Assembly: GCF_900079115.1 (NCBI RefSeq)
Contig: NZ_LT549890.1
Span: 90,001-122,000 of the forward strand
From: Saccharolobus solfataricus
GTDB taxonomy: Archaea; Thermoproteota; Thermoprotei_A; Sulfolobales; Sulfolobaceae
Length of the DNA: 32,000 bases
Reading direction: 5' to 3'
This document shows positions 8,041 through 17,130 of this stretch, in pieces. Position 1 is the first letter of the stretch. Every line of letters begins with the position of its first letter. Position numbers and translations under genes: made by a program. A model generated the notes under the pieces. That model did no database searches and was not told the DNA's origin. It saw nothing but the letters and a program-made list of their open reading frames with translations.

Positions 8041-9561
8041 CTAGATAAAGGTTAAGATAACGTTTCCGAATAGTAATACTATTATTAGGTTCATTAGAGC
8101 TAAAACAAGTAATGGAAAATTAAAAACGGTAAATCGGGATACCTTAGCATAAATTATACTAAGTGCCATTGTATACAACACGATAATTAGATCTAAGTTG
8201 CCAACTGCCCTAATCTTACTCATTATCCCTAGTGCAAAATAGAATACAATAGGTGTTATAGTAGCTAGAATGCTGAATAGACGAAGATTTTGTAATACTT
8301 TTTTTCGCAAAGAAGTATAATTATAGAGAATTAAGGATAAATCTTTGAAAGTATAGGTGTCTGCAAAACCTTTTTTGTCAATATTTTCTATGAGTTCTAA
8401 GATAGCATTCACAATCCAGATATTAGTTCTTACATTAGATATCGCTTCGTTTTTCCTGATCTTTGCAGCGAGTTCTCCTAAGAACATCCTAAAGTGCGTA
8501 TTATCTACGTTAAGTTTCAATATTGCACTTTTTATACTATAACCTATTTTTAAATAATCTGCAATATCTGATAATATATATGGTAAATTATTCAAGATTG
8601 CGTCAGCAACTGATATTTTACGATAGATAAAGAAGGAGAACATTATAAATATCGAATAAAATACTAAGATTTCATACTCTAGGCTAAGGTGAAAGAGGAA
8701 CACGAGTATAAAGGGAATAGGTAATATGTAGAGCGAGTTTTTAACCTCTTTTATATCGATTTTTATATCATATCCTATATTAGGCTGTATAAGTGAAATA
8801 TAAAAGAAAATGATAGGGAATAGCAAAAGAGGAAATATAAGTTCGAAAATATTTATGGATGAGGAAATATACTGAAATGCTAATAAAATCATCGGAGTAA
8901 TAAGAAATAGCATGAACAAAATCTCAACTAATTCATTTACTTTTTCAACATAACCTTGAAAATTTGAATTCAAGCCATCAATAGTTTCATTTAAAAGGTC
9001 TTTCAATCTCTCGGGCATTGAAATACCTATTGACTCACCACTTGTGTATACCGTATAAATCTTACCTAAGAAGTCTCCTCTATGAGCCTTGGCTCTGCTT
9101 TCCATTGCCGAAAAAGATGATTTTCCTAAAACTTCGACCTCTTTAACAAGCAACATGGCCTCTCTTCTCAAACCTTTAAAAACCTTAGAATTCCTTATTT
9201 CTTCAAACGTTTTATATAGATTTCTTCCTAAAAGGCTATTAACATAAGCGAATAGTAAGAAAACGGGCATCTCGTTTTCTATAAGCTTTCTTTGTTCATC
9301 CTTTCTAATTTGAGTAATAAGTATAGGAAAGAAATAAATAAAAACATTCATTATATTTAACAGTAAAAAATATGGACTAATTTTCAAATATAAGATAATA
9401 GAGATACTAGATATTAGCGGCATTAAAAACAACATCACAATATATTCTTTACGGAGTCTTTCCATATCATCACCATAATATTTGATATTTTCATTTATTC
9501 TTGTATTCATTAATTCAAATAAATTCATTTTTTTAAATAGCTTTAGTTTCAACTTTATCAC
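8041..9561 (-). CDS. upsF: Ups pilus polytopic membrane platform protein (TadC/FlaJ-like)
   Basis: Two blocks of hydrophobic helices are separated by soluble domains, as in FlaJ/TadC. It sits immediately downstream of the ATPase. The start may be Met12 (9528), which removes the 29-nt overlap. Confidence 0.85.
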   Translation of the reverse strand: MIKLKLKLFKKMNLFELMNTRINENIKYYGDDMERLRKEYIVMLFLMPLISSISIILYLKISPYFLLLNIMNVFIYFFPILITQIRKDEQRKLIENEMPVFLLFAYVNSLLGRNLYKTFEEIRNSKVFKGLRREAMLLVKEVEVLGKSSFSAMESRAKAHRGDFLGKIYTVYTSGESIGISMPERLKDLLNETIDGLNSNFQGYVEKVNELVEILFMLFLITPMILLAFQYISSSINIFELIFPLLLFPIIFFYISLIQPNIGYDIKIDIKEVKNSLYILPIPFILVFLFHLSLEYEILVFYSIFIMFSFFIYRKISVADAILNNLPYILSDIADYLKIGYSIKSAILKLNVDNTHFRMFLGELAAKIRKNEAISNVRTNIWIVNAILELIENIDKKGFADTYTFKDLSLILYNYTSLRKKVLQNLRLFSILATITPIVFYFALGIMSKIRAVGNLDLIIVLYTMALSIIYAKVSRFTVFNFPLLVLALMNLIIVLLFGNVILTFI

Positions 9562-10984
9562 CTTGACTTATTTTCTTTAAATAAACACTGAACTCTTCTA
9601 GATCTAAAATATTATTACTCACAAAATTATTAAGAGTTTTAACTCTATTACTAATCTCCTTGGTTATTTCTGAAATTGGTATTTCATATGTCTTTGATAT
9701 ATAACTGATCCTATAGGACCTTTTAATTAAATCATCAATATTGTTAGGCATGAATGTGTTAGAGGAAAAAGACCATCTTAATACTGGCCTAAATCTTAGT
9801 TTACCTCTAGTATAGACTATTTCATAAATCGACCTTATTATACGCCTTATATTTCCATTACGATCCCTTAGCGTTCCTAAAACTATAATACCCCACAGAT
9901 TTTGTAAAAATAATTTAGCAACATCCTTATTTAGAAGGCTAAGCAATCTAGTCAATGCTTCATGTGGATTTCCTGCATGAAATGTAGCCAACGAGCCATG
10001 CCCAGAAGCAGATGCATGAACTAGTGCCTCTATTTCCTTACCCCGAATCTCCCCTATAACTAGATAATCCGGTCTATATCTTAATGATAGTTTAGCTAAA
10101 TCCATTAACGATACTTCAAATTGAGAGGAAATTGATTGTCTGGCAAAAAACCTTATCCAGTTATCATGAATTATGTTTATTTCTGGAGTATCCTCTATGG
10201 TAATTACCTTAAAGAAAGGATTAATCATACTTAGAATTGAATTAAGTAAAGTAGTCTTTCCAGATCCTGTAGAACCTATGATCAAAAAGAACGGCTTATA
10301 ATCTAATAAAAACCAAATATAGGCTAACATTAGCGAACTTATCGATTCGTTTTTAATCAGTGATATAGGACTTATTGGCTTTAGTGGGAATTTCCTTATA
10401 TCAAATGTGGAACCAGGTAATGAAACCTCACGAGATACTGTAGCTGCAACTCTATGACCCTCAGGCAGGGAAAATTCAAGGTATGGTTTAGCAATACTAA
10501 CCGGTTTATCTGCCTTATTAGCGAGTTTTTCAATAACCTTTAGTACGTGATCTTCTTGCTCCAAGATTATATTAGTATATAATCTCGGGAATCTTGTAAC
10601 AATCCTATGAACTACAGTGACAGGGTATGAGAATCCTTTACATTCTATTTCTTCAACATAAGGGTCAGCTAAGGGTACAGTTAACTCGTCATAACCTATT
10701 CTTTTTCTCAAATAATAAATTATTTTTTCGATAATCCCTTGATCACTAATACCCTTATTTTTCAGTATCTTAACTACTGTCTCTTCTATATTAGGTACAC
10801 TAGGAGTAGAGTAGATATATTCTAATATAGAATTGAGTATCTCAATTTCATTCTGATCTAGGTTAGGTTCATTTACTTTATAATAACCTATCCCATTTTC
10901 CTCATATATGATGACTTTAGCATTTAGAACAGAATACTCTTGGAGAATATTCATGATACCATTGTTCAGAAAAAATATACTCAC
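9533..10984 (-). CDS. upsE: Ups pilus assembly ATPase (VirB11/FlaI/GspE superfamily)
   Basis: Walker A GSTGSGKTT, Walker B/Asp box PDYLVIGEIRG, His box SGHGSLATFHA. The GTG start overlaps the upsX stop by 4 nt. An alternative ATG lies at 10954. Confidence 0.9.
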   Translation of the reverse strand: MSIFFLNNGIMNILQEYSVLNAKVIIYEENGIGYYKVNEPNLDQNEIEILNSILEYIYSTPSVPNIEETVVKILKNKGISDQGIIEKIIYYLRKRIGYDELTVPLADPYVEEIECKGFSYPVTVVHRIVTRFPRLYTNIILEQEDHVLKVIEKLANKADKPVSIAKPYLEFSLPEGHRVAATVSREVSLPGSTFDIRKFPLKPISPISLIKNESISSLMLAYIWFLLDYKPFFLIIGSTGSGKTTLLNSILSMINPFFKVITIEDTPEINIIHDNWIRFFARQSISSQFEVSLMDLAKLSLRYRPDYLVIGEIRGKEIEALVHASASGHGSLATFHAGNPHEALTRLLSLLNKDVAKLFLQNLWGIIVLGTLRDRNGNIRRIIRSIYEIVYTRGKLRFRPVLRWSFSSNTFMPNNIDDLIKRSYRISYISKTYEIPISEITKEISNRVKTLNNFVSNNILDLEEFSVYLKKISQGDKVETKAI

Positions 10985-13068
10985 ACAATACCGAAATTAC
11001 TTAAAACTTCTTTTATAGCCTTTGCTTCACTTAAAGCCATCAAGATTGATAACTTAATAGTATCAACAAATTCGTATTGAGACTCATATGTGAAACCATG
11101 CGTATAGGCCCTAATTTTTATTGAATTGTATATAGGTTCTATCGGAAAAGTAATCTGAGTCTCTTCTTTAGATATACCCCTAAATGAGTGAGGCCCATAA
11201 AATATTTCAAAAGGAATATTAGTTTCCATATCTAATTTTACTGTTATCTGATTCTCTTTCAACTCAGCATTAACTGACTTGATGGGGTTTTTAATACCGA
11301 TCACTAAGTACTCTCTAGCATAATTAGCATTATCTTTAACAATCCTAACCAAATTATATCCTTCTCTTACAACAATCTTTTCACCGTCAACTTCTATTTT
11401 TTCACCTTCTTTTCCAAACAGTATTCCTTTGTATTCTAAAGGATATTCGAATAACTGTTTCCACTCAAAAATCCCATTTTTTATTACGACAATTTCTTTC
11501 TTAACGCTATTATTTATAATAGTAATCTTATTTTGATTTAAAGTAGTCTCTTTTCTTACTATTTTTATTGGTGCTAAAAATTCTAATGACGCAATTAGTC
11601 GATCATCAACATGAGCGTAAACATTCACTGGAACATCTAAAAGCTTTAAATTGTTAATACTTAATGGTATTTTCAGTAATTTCTTACCACTATTTTCTCT
11701 AGCAAGAAACTTGAATGTCTGATTTAAAGCTTCGATGGTAAAGGTTATTTGAGATCTGGTCGGAATAGAATATTTAATATTAAAAATTAATAATGCATTC
11801 TTATCTGGACTTGTAATTAAATTTCCCCCTTCATCTGCTGCAAGTATCTTTGCACTCGAGAATTCGATTTTTGGAAGTTGAGAGGTATAAGGAATAGCAT
11901 CTAGAAAAGAGAAGAATATATTTCCAGCAGAAATTTCGAGAGAATTTTTACGATATTCGAAAGGCTCTATTATCACGATTTTCTTTTTATCTTCAACTAC
12001 CTTAATATCTATCATCTTACCATTTTTTATACTAAAATTATGGAAATAATTTTCATCGACTTGTAATATAATTGGGCTTTGAACACTATTATTTACATTT
12101 ATAATTTTAATCGGCCTGTAGTTCTCCTCCAACTTAGCTAAACCAACAGTTCCGTCATTAGAAAATAGATAAATCCTTTTAGAGTCGAAATTGAAAGAAT
12201 TCACATCGTCAAATGTAGACAACTTACTAAAATTACTGTCAAAAATGTAAAGCTTGCCTTTTTTTAGAACTCCAAAAAAGTTTCTATTGGAGTTAACAAA
12301 TAACTCTGAATCTATATTTCTCTCGATCTCCCTCCAACCAGTATTATAGTACTGCTTTAAGCTTTCGCCACATAAAATTAGTAATCCTCCAGAAAACTCT
12401 CCAATTAGATATGATTCGTCAACACATATTCCAATATTTCCCTTCTTAGAAGAGACTATTAACCCATCACTTGACCTATATATAATACCATAAGACTGAA
12501 TAAAACCTAGATAATCGCCTTTAAAATTAAAATATGATATATTACCCTCTCTGTCGATAACCTTAGTACCACTATCATATATTACAGAAATAAAAGACCT
12601 TGAAAGATAAATCCTCTCTCCACGATCTATATTTAATTGTTTGTTTCCCAATATTATGATTAGGTTGCGCTTTCCCACCAAGATTTTTCTATCTAGATAA
12701 GATAAGTATTTCTCATACTCCTCTCCGTTTAAGTTATATTTTCTTCCCTTAAGATATATTGGGTAAATTTCACTATCATTATACATAATATAGTCTACTA
12801 CATACTCATCTTCATCCTTTCTGATTATCGTTTCCTTACCATCCTCAATCATAACAACAATATTACCTTTTCTGAAAATCCATTTGTCATCGCTTATCTT
12901 AATCCCAAACTCGCTAATATTAACAGAGGGCTGGCGCAAAACATTACATTTCAATTGGACAGAATTCTCGTTCTTTGATTCAAGCCAGCAGTTGAGGTTA
13001 GGAATAAAATTTAAACCTAATTTCTGATATAGTATAAAATCTGGAATTGTCATACATTCTTTAATCAT
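10981..13068 (-). CDS. upsX: UpsX, first gene of the ups operon, function unknown
   Basis: 695 aa with no catalytic motif. Identified by position directly upstream of, and coupled to, upsE. The central part has reiterated short beta-strand-like segments (for example GTKVIDREGNISYF, SSDGLIVSSKKGNIGI, SNDGTVGLAKL). Confidence 0.7.
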   Translation of the reverse strand: MIKECMTIPDFILYQKLGLNFIPNLNCWLESKNENSVQLKCNVLRQPSVNISEFGIKISDDKWIFRKGNIVVMIEDGKETIIRKDEDEYVVDYIMYNDSEIYPIYLKGRKYNLNGEEYEKYLSYLDRKILVGKRNLIIILGNKQLNIDRGERIYLSRSFISVIYDSGTKVIDREGNISYFNFKGDYLGFIQSYGIIYRSSDGLIVSSKKGNIGICVDESYLIGEFSGGLLILCGESLKQYYNTGWREIERNIDSELFVNSNRNFFGVLKKGKLYIFDSNFSKLSTFDDVNSFNFDSKRIYLFSNDGTVGLAKLEENYRPIKIINVNNSVQSPIILQVDENYFHNFSIKNGKMIDIKVVEDKKKIVIIEPFEYRKNSLEISAGNIFFSFLDAIPYTSQLPKIEFSSAKILAADEGGNLITSPDKNALLIFNIKYSIPTRSQITFTIEALNQTFKFLARENSGKKLLKIPLSINNLKLLDVPVNVYAHVDDRLIASLEFLAPIKIVRKETTLNQNKITIINNSVKKEIVVIKNGIFEWKQLFEYPLEYKGILFGKEGEKIEVDGEKIVVREGYNLVRIVKDNANYAREYLVIGIKNPIKSVNAELKENQITVKLDMETNIPFEIFYGPHSFRGISKEETQITFPIEPIYNSIKIRAYTHGFTYESQYEFVDTIKLSILMALSEAKAIKEVLSNFGIV

Positions 13069-13097
13069 TTTATAAAAAGACGGAGTGTAATGTGAAT

Positions 13098-14204
13098 TTA
13101 TAATTTAGTTAAATTCAAGGTTGATATAAAGAATCCCTCAGTGGAATCAATATGAGGGAAGGTTCTGTTAGATCTCTTCCCTGACTTGAATAAGGAATAG
13201 CCAGATTGATAATTAGAAAATGGTTTTTCAGCTATTTCATAATAATCTTCTATTACTTTTTCACCCTCCTCTGGAAACAATGAACATACCGCATACACAA
13301 GTTTGTTGGACTTAATCTTTAAAGCCTCATTTAGTAGGGATTTTTGTAATTTAGTGAATTTCTCTATTTTCTCGCCATTACGTAATTTCAATAAAATTGA
13401 AGGATCGTTATTTATCATTCCAGAGGAAGAACACGGCGCGTCTAATAGTATCTTGTCTGATTTTATGATGCTATTTTTTGTTGAATCTTGATATATTATG
13501 TGAACCTTACGCAAATCTACTCCACATCGTTTTAGCAAATTATACTCTTTCGATAACCTCTTTAAGTCAACATCGGCTAGGAAAGTTTCAGCCCTATTTT
13601 CTGTTAGCATCATATATAGAGAAGCTTTAATTCCAGGTGCTGAAGAGAGATCAACTAATTTTTCACTAATCTCCGGCTTAAGTGCTTCTACCACTATAGA
13701 ACTAGCTTTATCATGAAGTATCAATTTAAAGTCTTTTACTATACTTAAAGAAGATAGTCTTACTGAAGATCTATTTATCTTGATCATATAATAAAAATCC
13801 TTATCGGGCTCAAACTCTATATTTTGACTCTCTAACATTCTATAAACTTTATCAATATCAGTCTTAAGCAAGTTTATACGTGCCCATATCCATCTTTCAG
13901 TTAATTTTCTTTTAAGAGCGTTAACATCTAATAATGTAAACAATTTATCCTCCATCCATTTAGGAAATTTAATTTCAATATTTTCCCTATTTTTAAGCCA
14001 ATATCTTACCTTTGCCGACCTTTTGCTTTGAGGTAGTGCATAATACGATAATATTAGTCTTTTACTATATTCATATAAAAGGTTAGAATCTATCTTCCTT
14101 GGCTTATTATGCAGATATGCTCGTTTAAATGCTATCGCTAAAGGATAATTCTTCTGTTCTACGTAATATAACACAGTAGACAAAAACTTTACTATGTCCT
14201 TCAA
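13098..14204 (-). CDS. NOL1/NOP2/Sun-family RNA (cytosine-C5) methyltransferase
   Basis: SAM-binding VDLSSAPGIKA, motif IV LLDAPCSSSG, motif VI YAVCSLFPEEGE. Confidence 0.85.
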   Translation of the reverse strand: MKDIVKFLSTVLYYVEQKNYPLAIAFKRAYLHNKPRKIDSNLLYEYSKRLILSYYALPQSKRSAKVRYWLKNRENIEIKFPKWMEDKLFTLLDVNALKRKLTERWIWARINLLKTDIDKVYRMLESQNIEFEPDKDFYYMIKINRSSVRLSSLSIVKDFKLILHDKASSIVVEALKPEISEKLVDLSSAPGIKASLYMMLTENRAETFLADVDLKRLSKEYNLLKRCGVDLRKVHIIYQDSTKNSIIKSDKILLDAPCSSSGMINNDPSILLKLRNGEKIEKFTKLQKSLLNEALKIKSNKLVYAVCSLFPEEGEKVIEDYYEIAEKPFSNYQSGYSLFKSGKRSNRTFPHIDSTEGFFISTLNLTKL

Positions 14205-14316
14205 CTTAAGTGTATTACAATCTTTAACTTCTAATATTCTTATCGTTGACTAGGCATAAGGTAATATTAGGACTCACATAAGATTACTCTATATTAGATT
14301 TAACCGATAATTAAAT

Positions 14317-14487
14317 ATGAAAGACACATTACTCATATATGTAACACTAGTCTTATTGTTGATATCAGTTGCTTCAATAAAGATTAGTAATGAAGTATTA
14401 CAATATGCATTAACTGTTAACTCAATTTTCATTGCAGCTGCAATGTTCGTATTAATTAGAAAAACTAGAAACTTTCATAGAATTTGA
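14317..14487 (+). CDS. Possible 56-aa two-helix membrane protein (below the ORF-track cutoff)
   Basis: ATG at 14317. Translation is MKDTLLIYVTLVLLLISVASIKISNEVLQYALTVNSIFIAAAMFVLIRKTRNFHRI, with two hydrophobic helices and a basic tail. It lies in an otherwise empty 270-nt gap, and its 3' end overlaps the convergent gene by 13 nt. Confidence 0.3.
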   Translation: MKDTLLIYVTLVLLLISVASIKISNEVLQYALTVNSIFIAAAMFVLIRKTRNFHRI

Positions 14488-15137
14488 GGTGAGATTGAAC
14501 TCCTACATAAACCTCTTTTTAAACAGAGTTGGAAAAAACATTCTATCGCTTGTCTTCCTTTAAGACCTAACTCTTTACTATAGTGTGAGATTCTTCCCCT
14601 TGACTCTTGTAGAGACGCTGCCTCTCTAATAACTACCTTGACTTTAGATAGGGTTTGCTCATCTAGACGTAAAGAACCAATTAGGCTTATAACTAAAGGA
14701 AGATCGCCACAATTTTTTCTCCAAAGTTCGTCCAAAGAAATGTCATAATCCTCATAACTTATTAATACATCAGCATCATTACATACTTCACTTCTAACTA
14801 TCTCTAATGGATTTTTATAATTTGTAAGTGTTTTAAATAAATAATACTCCGTTGAGTTGGAACTATTGATACACAATTTAGAAAATCTACTATTTATAAT
14901 CTTTAATCCAATTTTATTAGCTACAAATGCACCATTACTTATAAATCTTATATTTTCATAAAAAAGTGTTAAAGGTAAAGGTATAAAAGCCAAATCTAAT
15001 TCTTTAAGTTTAAATTTCAATTCATCTTCCTTAACACGTATCAGATTAAACTCAATATTTCTATTAGTTTCATTATTCAATAAGGGGGCTATAATTTCTA
15101 ACTCCTTCTCTTTCACATATCCTAGACTTAACCTCAC
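14475..15137 (-). CDS. Periplasmic-binding-fold protein, possibly MqnA/MqnD (VitK2_biosynth/DUF178)-like
   Basis: Only a weak recalled resemblance. The N-terminal MRLSLGY... beta strand and the C-terminal ...LGLKGRQAIECFFQLCLKRGL resemble MqnA-type ends. No catalytic motif verified. Confidence 0.3.
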   Translation of the reverse strand: MRLSLGYVKEKELEIIAPLLNNETNRNIEFNLIRVKEDELKFKLKELDLAFIPLPLTLFYENIRFISNGAFVANKIGLKIINSRFSKLCINSSNSTEYYLFKTLTNYKNPLEIVRSEVCNDADVLISYEDYDISLDELWRKNCGDLPLVISLIGSLRLDEQTLSKVKVVIREAASLQESRGRISHYSKELGLKGRQAIECFFQLCLKRGLCRSSISPQIL

Positions 15138-15211
15138 ATATTAGAATTTCTTATGAACCTTTATTTTAACTTATCTTTTAAAAGGGAACAATAAGATTAT
15201 ACTAAGCTAGA

Positions 15212-16114
15212 ATGGAAGCCAAAAAAATCCTGATCGTAGGTGCCGGATACGCAGGACTTAACGCCTACTATGAACTAGGTAAACATCTAGATAAAACACT
15301 GATAGCCGATAAAGCTCAATTTATATTTTACACTGCGTATCTCCAAAAACTCATCTTCAATAAAAGTATTCAATATGCGACCAATATAAAACCAACAATT
15401 ATAAATAAGGTAAAGGAAATTGATTTAGAAAGAAAAATAGTGAAAATCGAAAATGGCACAGAAATTCAAGGGCACAAATTAATCCTAGCTTTAGGCTGTA
15501 AAAGGGAATCACAATTAGATATCATAAGAAAGATAATAGAAAAGGATAGAGTAAGTATAAGTGTAGAAAACTATCTAGATGAGTATCTGGGTATTCAACT
15601 AGCTTTTTATCTGAGAAAGTTAAACAAAGAAGTCTCATACTATGGCCCAGTCTTAAAATGGTTAGGGGAAAAAGTAAGTAGTAAAGTTCTTGAATTCTTA
15701 GAGAAGAATGGAATAAGACTTTCAGAAAAATCTGATGATATTATTCCTGCTTGTGAACCTAATGAAGTAATTGGAGATTTCCTACCTGTAAATGATAAAT
15801 TAGAATACAAGAATGGTGTCTTTGTAATCGGAGATATGATAAAGAATTACCCAAAATTAGGGGAATTGGCAATGAGAGAAGGTGTATATGTAGGTAGATT
15901 ATTATCTAAAAAGATTAATGAAAGCTTTAGGCCTATTTTTATCAATATTATTGATACTGGCAAAGGAGAGGCCATACATATAAGGTCGAATATTTTGTGG
16001 AATGGAAATTTTGAAAGTGTTAAAGTATCAAAAATAAGAGTAATAATGAAAAGGTTTATTGAAAGGTATTATATTATCAGAAAGGGAAAAATGGGTGTGC
16101 TTTACAAATTATAG
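15212..16114 (+). CDS. FAD-dependent pyridine-nucleotide-disulfide-oxidoreductase-like protein (short NDH-II/SQR-like)
   Basis: N-terminal Rossmann KILIVGAGYAGLNAY and C-terminal FAD motif VFVIGDM. The second dinucleotide site is degenerate. Confidence 0.6.
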   Translation: MEAKKILIVGAGYAGLNAYYELGKHLDKTLIADKAQFIFYTAYLQKLIFNKSIQYATNIKPTIINKVKEIDLERKIVKIENGTEIQGHKLILALGCKRESQLDIIRKIIEKDRVSISVENYLDEYLGIQLAFYLRKLNKEVSYYGPVLKWLGEKVSSKVLEFLEKNGIRLSEKSDDIIPACEPNEVIGDFLPVNDKLEYKNGVFVIGDMIKNYPKLGELAMREGVYVGRLLSKKINESFRPIFINIIDTGKGEAIHIRSNILWNGNFESVKVSKIRVIMKRFIERYYIIRKGKMGVLYKL

Positions 16115-16182
16115 GATATCCAGGGACCCTGGGGGGAAATATCAAGGGGTTCCTCTCATCTGTCCTAAGGTCCCTGGATACC
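16114..16182. repeat. GC-rich 69-bp element with 14-bp terminal inverted repeats (MITE-like or terminator hairpin)
   Basis: GGATATCCAGGGACC (16114-16128) pairs with GGTCCCTGGATACC (16169-16182). It is a GC island between two convergent AT-rich genes and is followed by a T-run (16188-16197). Confidence 0.45.
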
Positions 16183-16221
16183 TCTACTTTATTTTTTGTA
16201 TTAGGGGGTTTTAACTTTTTC

Positions 16222-17130
16222 CTAAAATGGAATACCTAGGATGACATCTATGTCAACCCCTAAGCCTAACACAATAGACGAGTATATATTATAATAAAAT
16301 GCTCTACCAAAATCATTTTTCTGTGATGCTAAATAATACGCATATGCCATTATGAGACCATGAAGAACCGTTGCAAATATGGCTATTGGACCTAATCCAT
16401 AGTAAAAGTCACCCAGAAGATCTAGCACTACGGAGAATAATTGGTTAAGTCCGGCAAATGTTAGGGCCCATCTTCCTAACACCACAGCAAAACTGTGTAA
16501 GCCCATCTTTTTGTCGAATTCAGCATCAGGTATATGATTATAGAGATCGAAACCCACAGCCCACAAAATTGTCCCAATTACAAAAAACCATGGAACTCTC
16601 AAGAGGATTTGATCTAAAGAATTATAGTACAAACCCAATACAGCCACTGCACCACTAAATACGGCTAATCCTTGGATTGATGCCAAATGATAATTAGCAA
16701 AAGCAGTATATCTTTTCATATAGGGGTATGACATTATTATTAACGCTACAATAGGAGCTAGAATGAACGCCCAGATATTAACAAAATATGAAGTAATAAA
16801 GAATAAAATCAAGGAAGCGACGATCATAGTCCTTGCTTCCCTTATTTTAATTGCACCAGTTACTAAAGGCCTATTTTTAGTTCTAGGATTCTTAGCATCT
16901 ATCTCTATATCTGCTAAATTATCATTAGTCATTCCAGCAGTTCTTAAAAAGAATAAAGCCAAAAAAATCAATATTAACGTTGGAATTGGTGGAATTCCTT
17001 TAATCGCAACAAAAGCGCCTAAATAGGCCATAGGCAAACTAAAGAAAGTTTGCTCTATCCTTAAGAATCGCAAAATAATGTAAAGTTTATTTCTTGTGTT
17101 CTTGTTTAATCCGCCAGGATCCCAGCTCAC
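16222..17130 (-). CDS. UbiA-family aromatic prenyltransferase
   Basis: First Asp-rich motif NDNLADIEIDAKNPRTKNRPLVTG, second DLYNHIPDAEFD, and about 8 transmembrane helices. The start overlaps the upstream synthase stop by 4 nt. Confidence 0.85.
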   Translation of the reverse strand: MSWDPGGLNKNTRNKLYIILRFLRIEQTFFSLPMAYLGAFVAIKGIPPIPTLILIFLALFFLRTAGMTNDNLADIEIDAKNPRTKNRPLVTGAIKIREARTMIVASLILFFITSYFVNIWAFILAPIVALIIMSYPYMKRYTAFANYHLASIQGLAVFSGAVAVLGLYYNSLDQILLRVPWFFVIGTILWAVGFDLYNHIPDAEFDKKMGLHSFAVVLGRWALTFAGLNQLFSVVLDLLGDFYYGLGPIAIFATVLHGLIMAYAYYLASQKNDFGRAFYYNIYSSIVLGLGVDIDVILGIPF

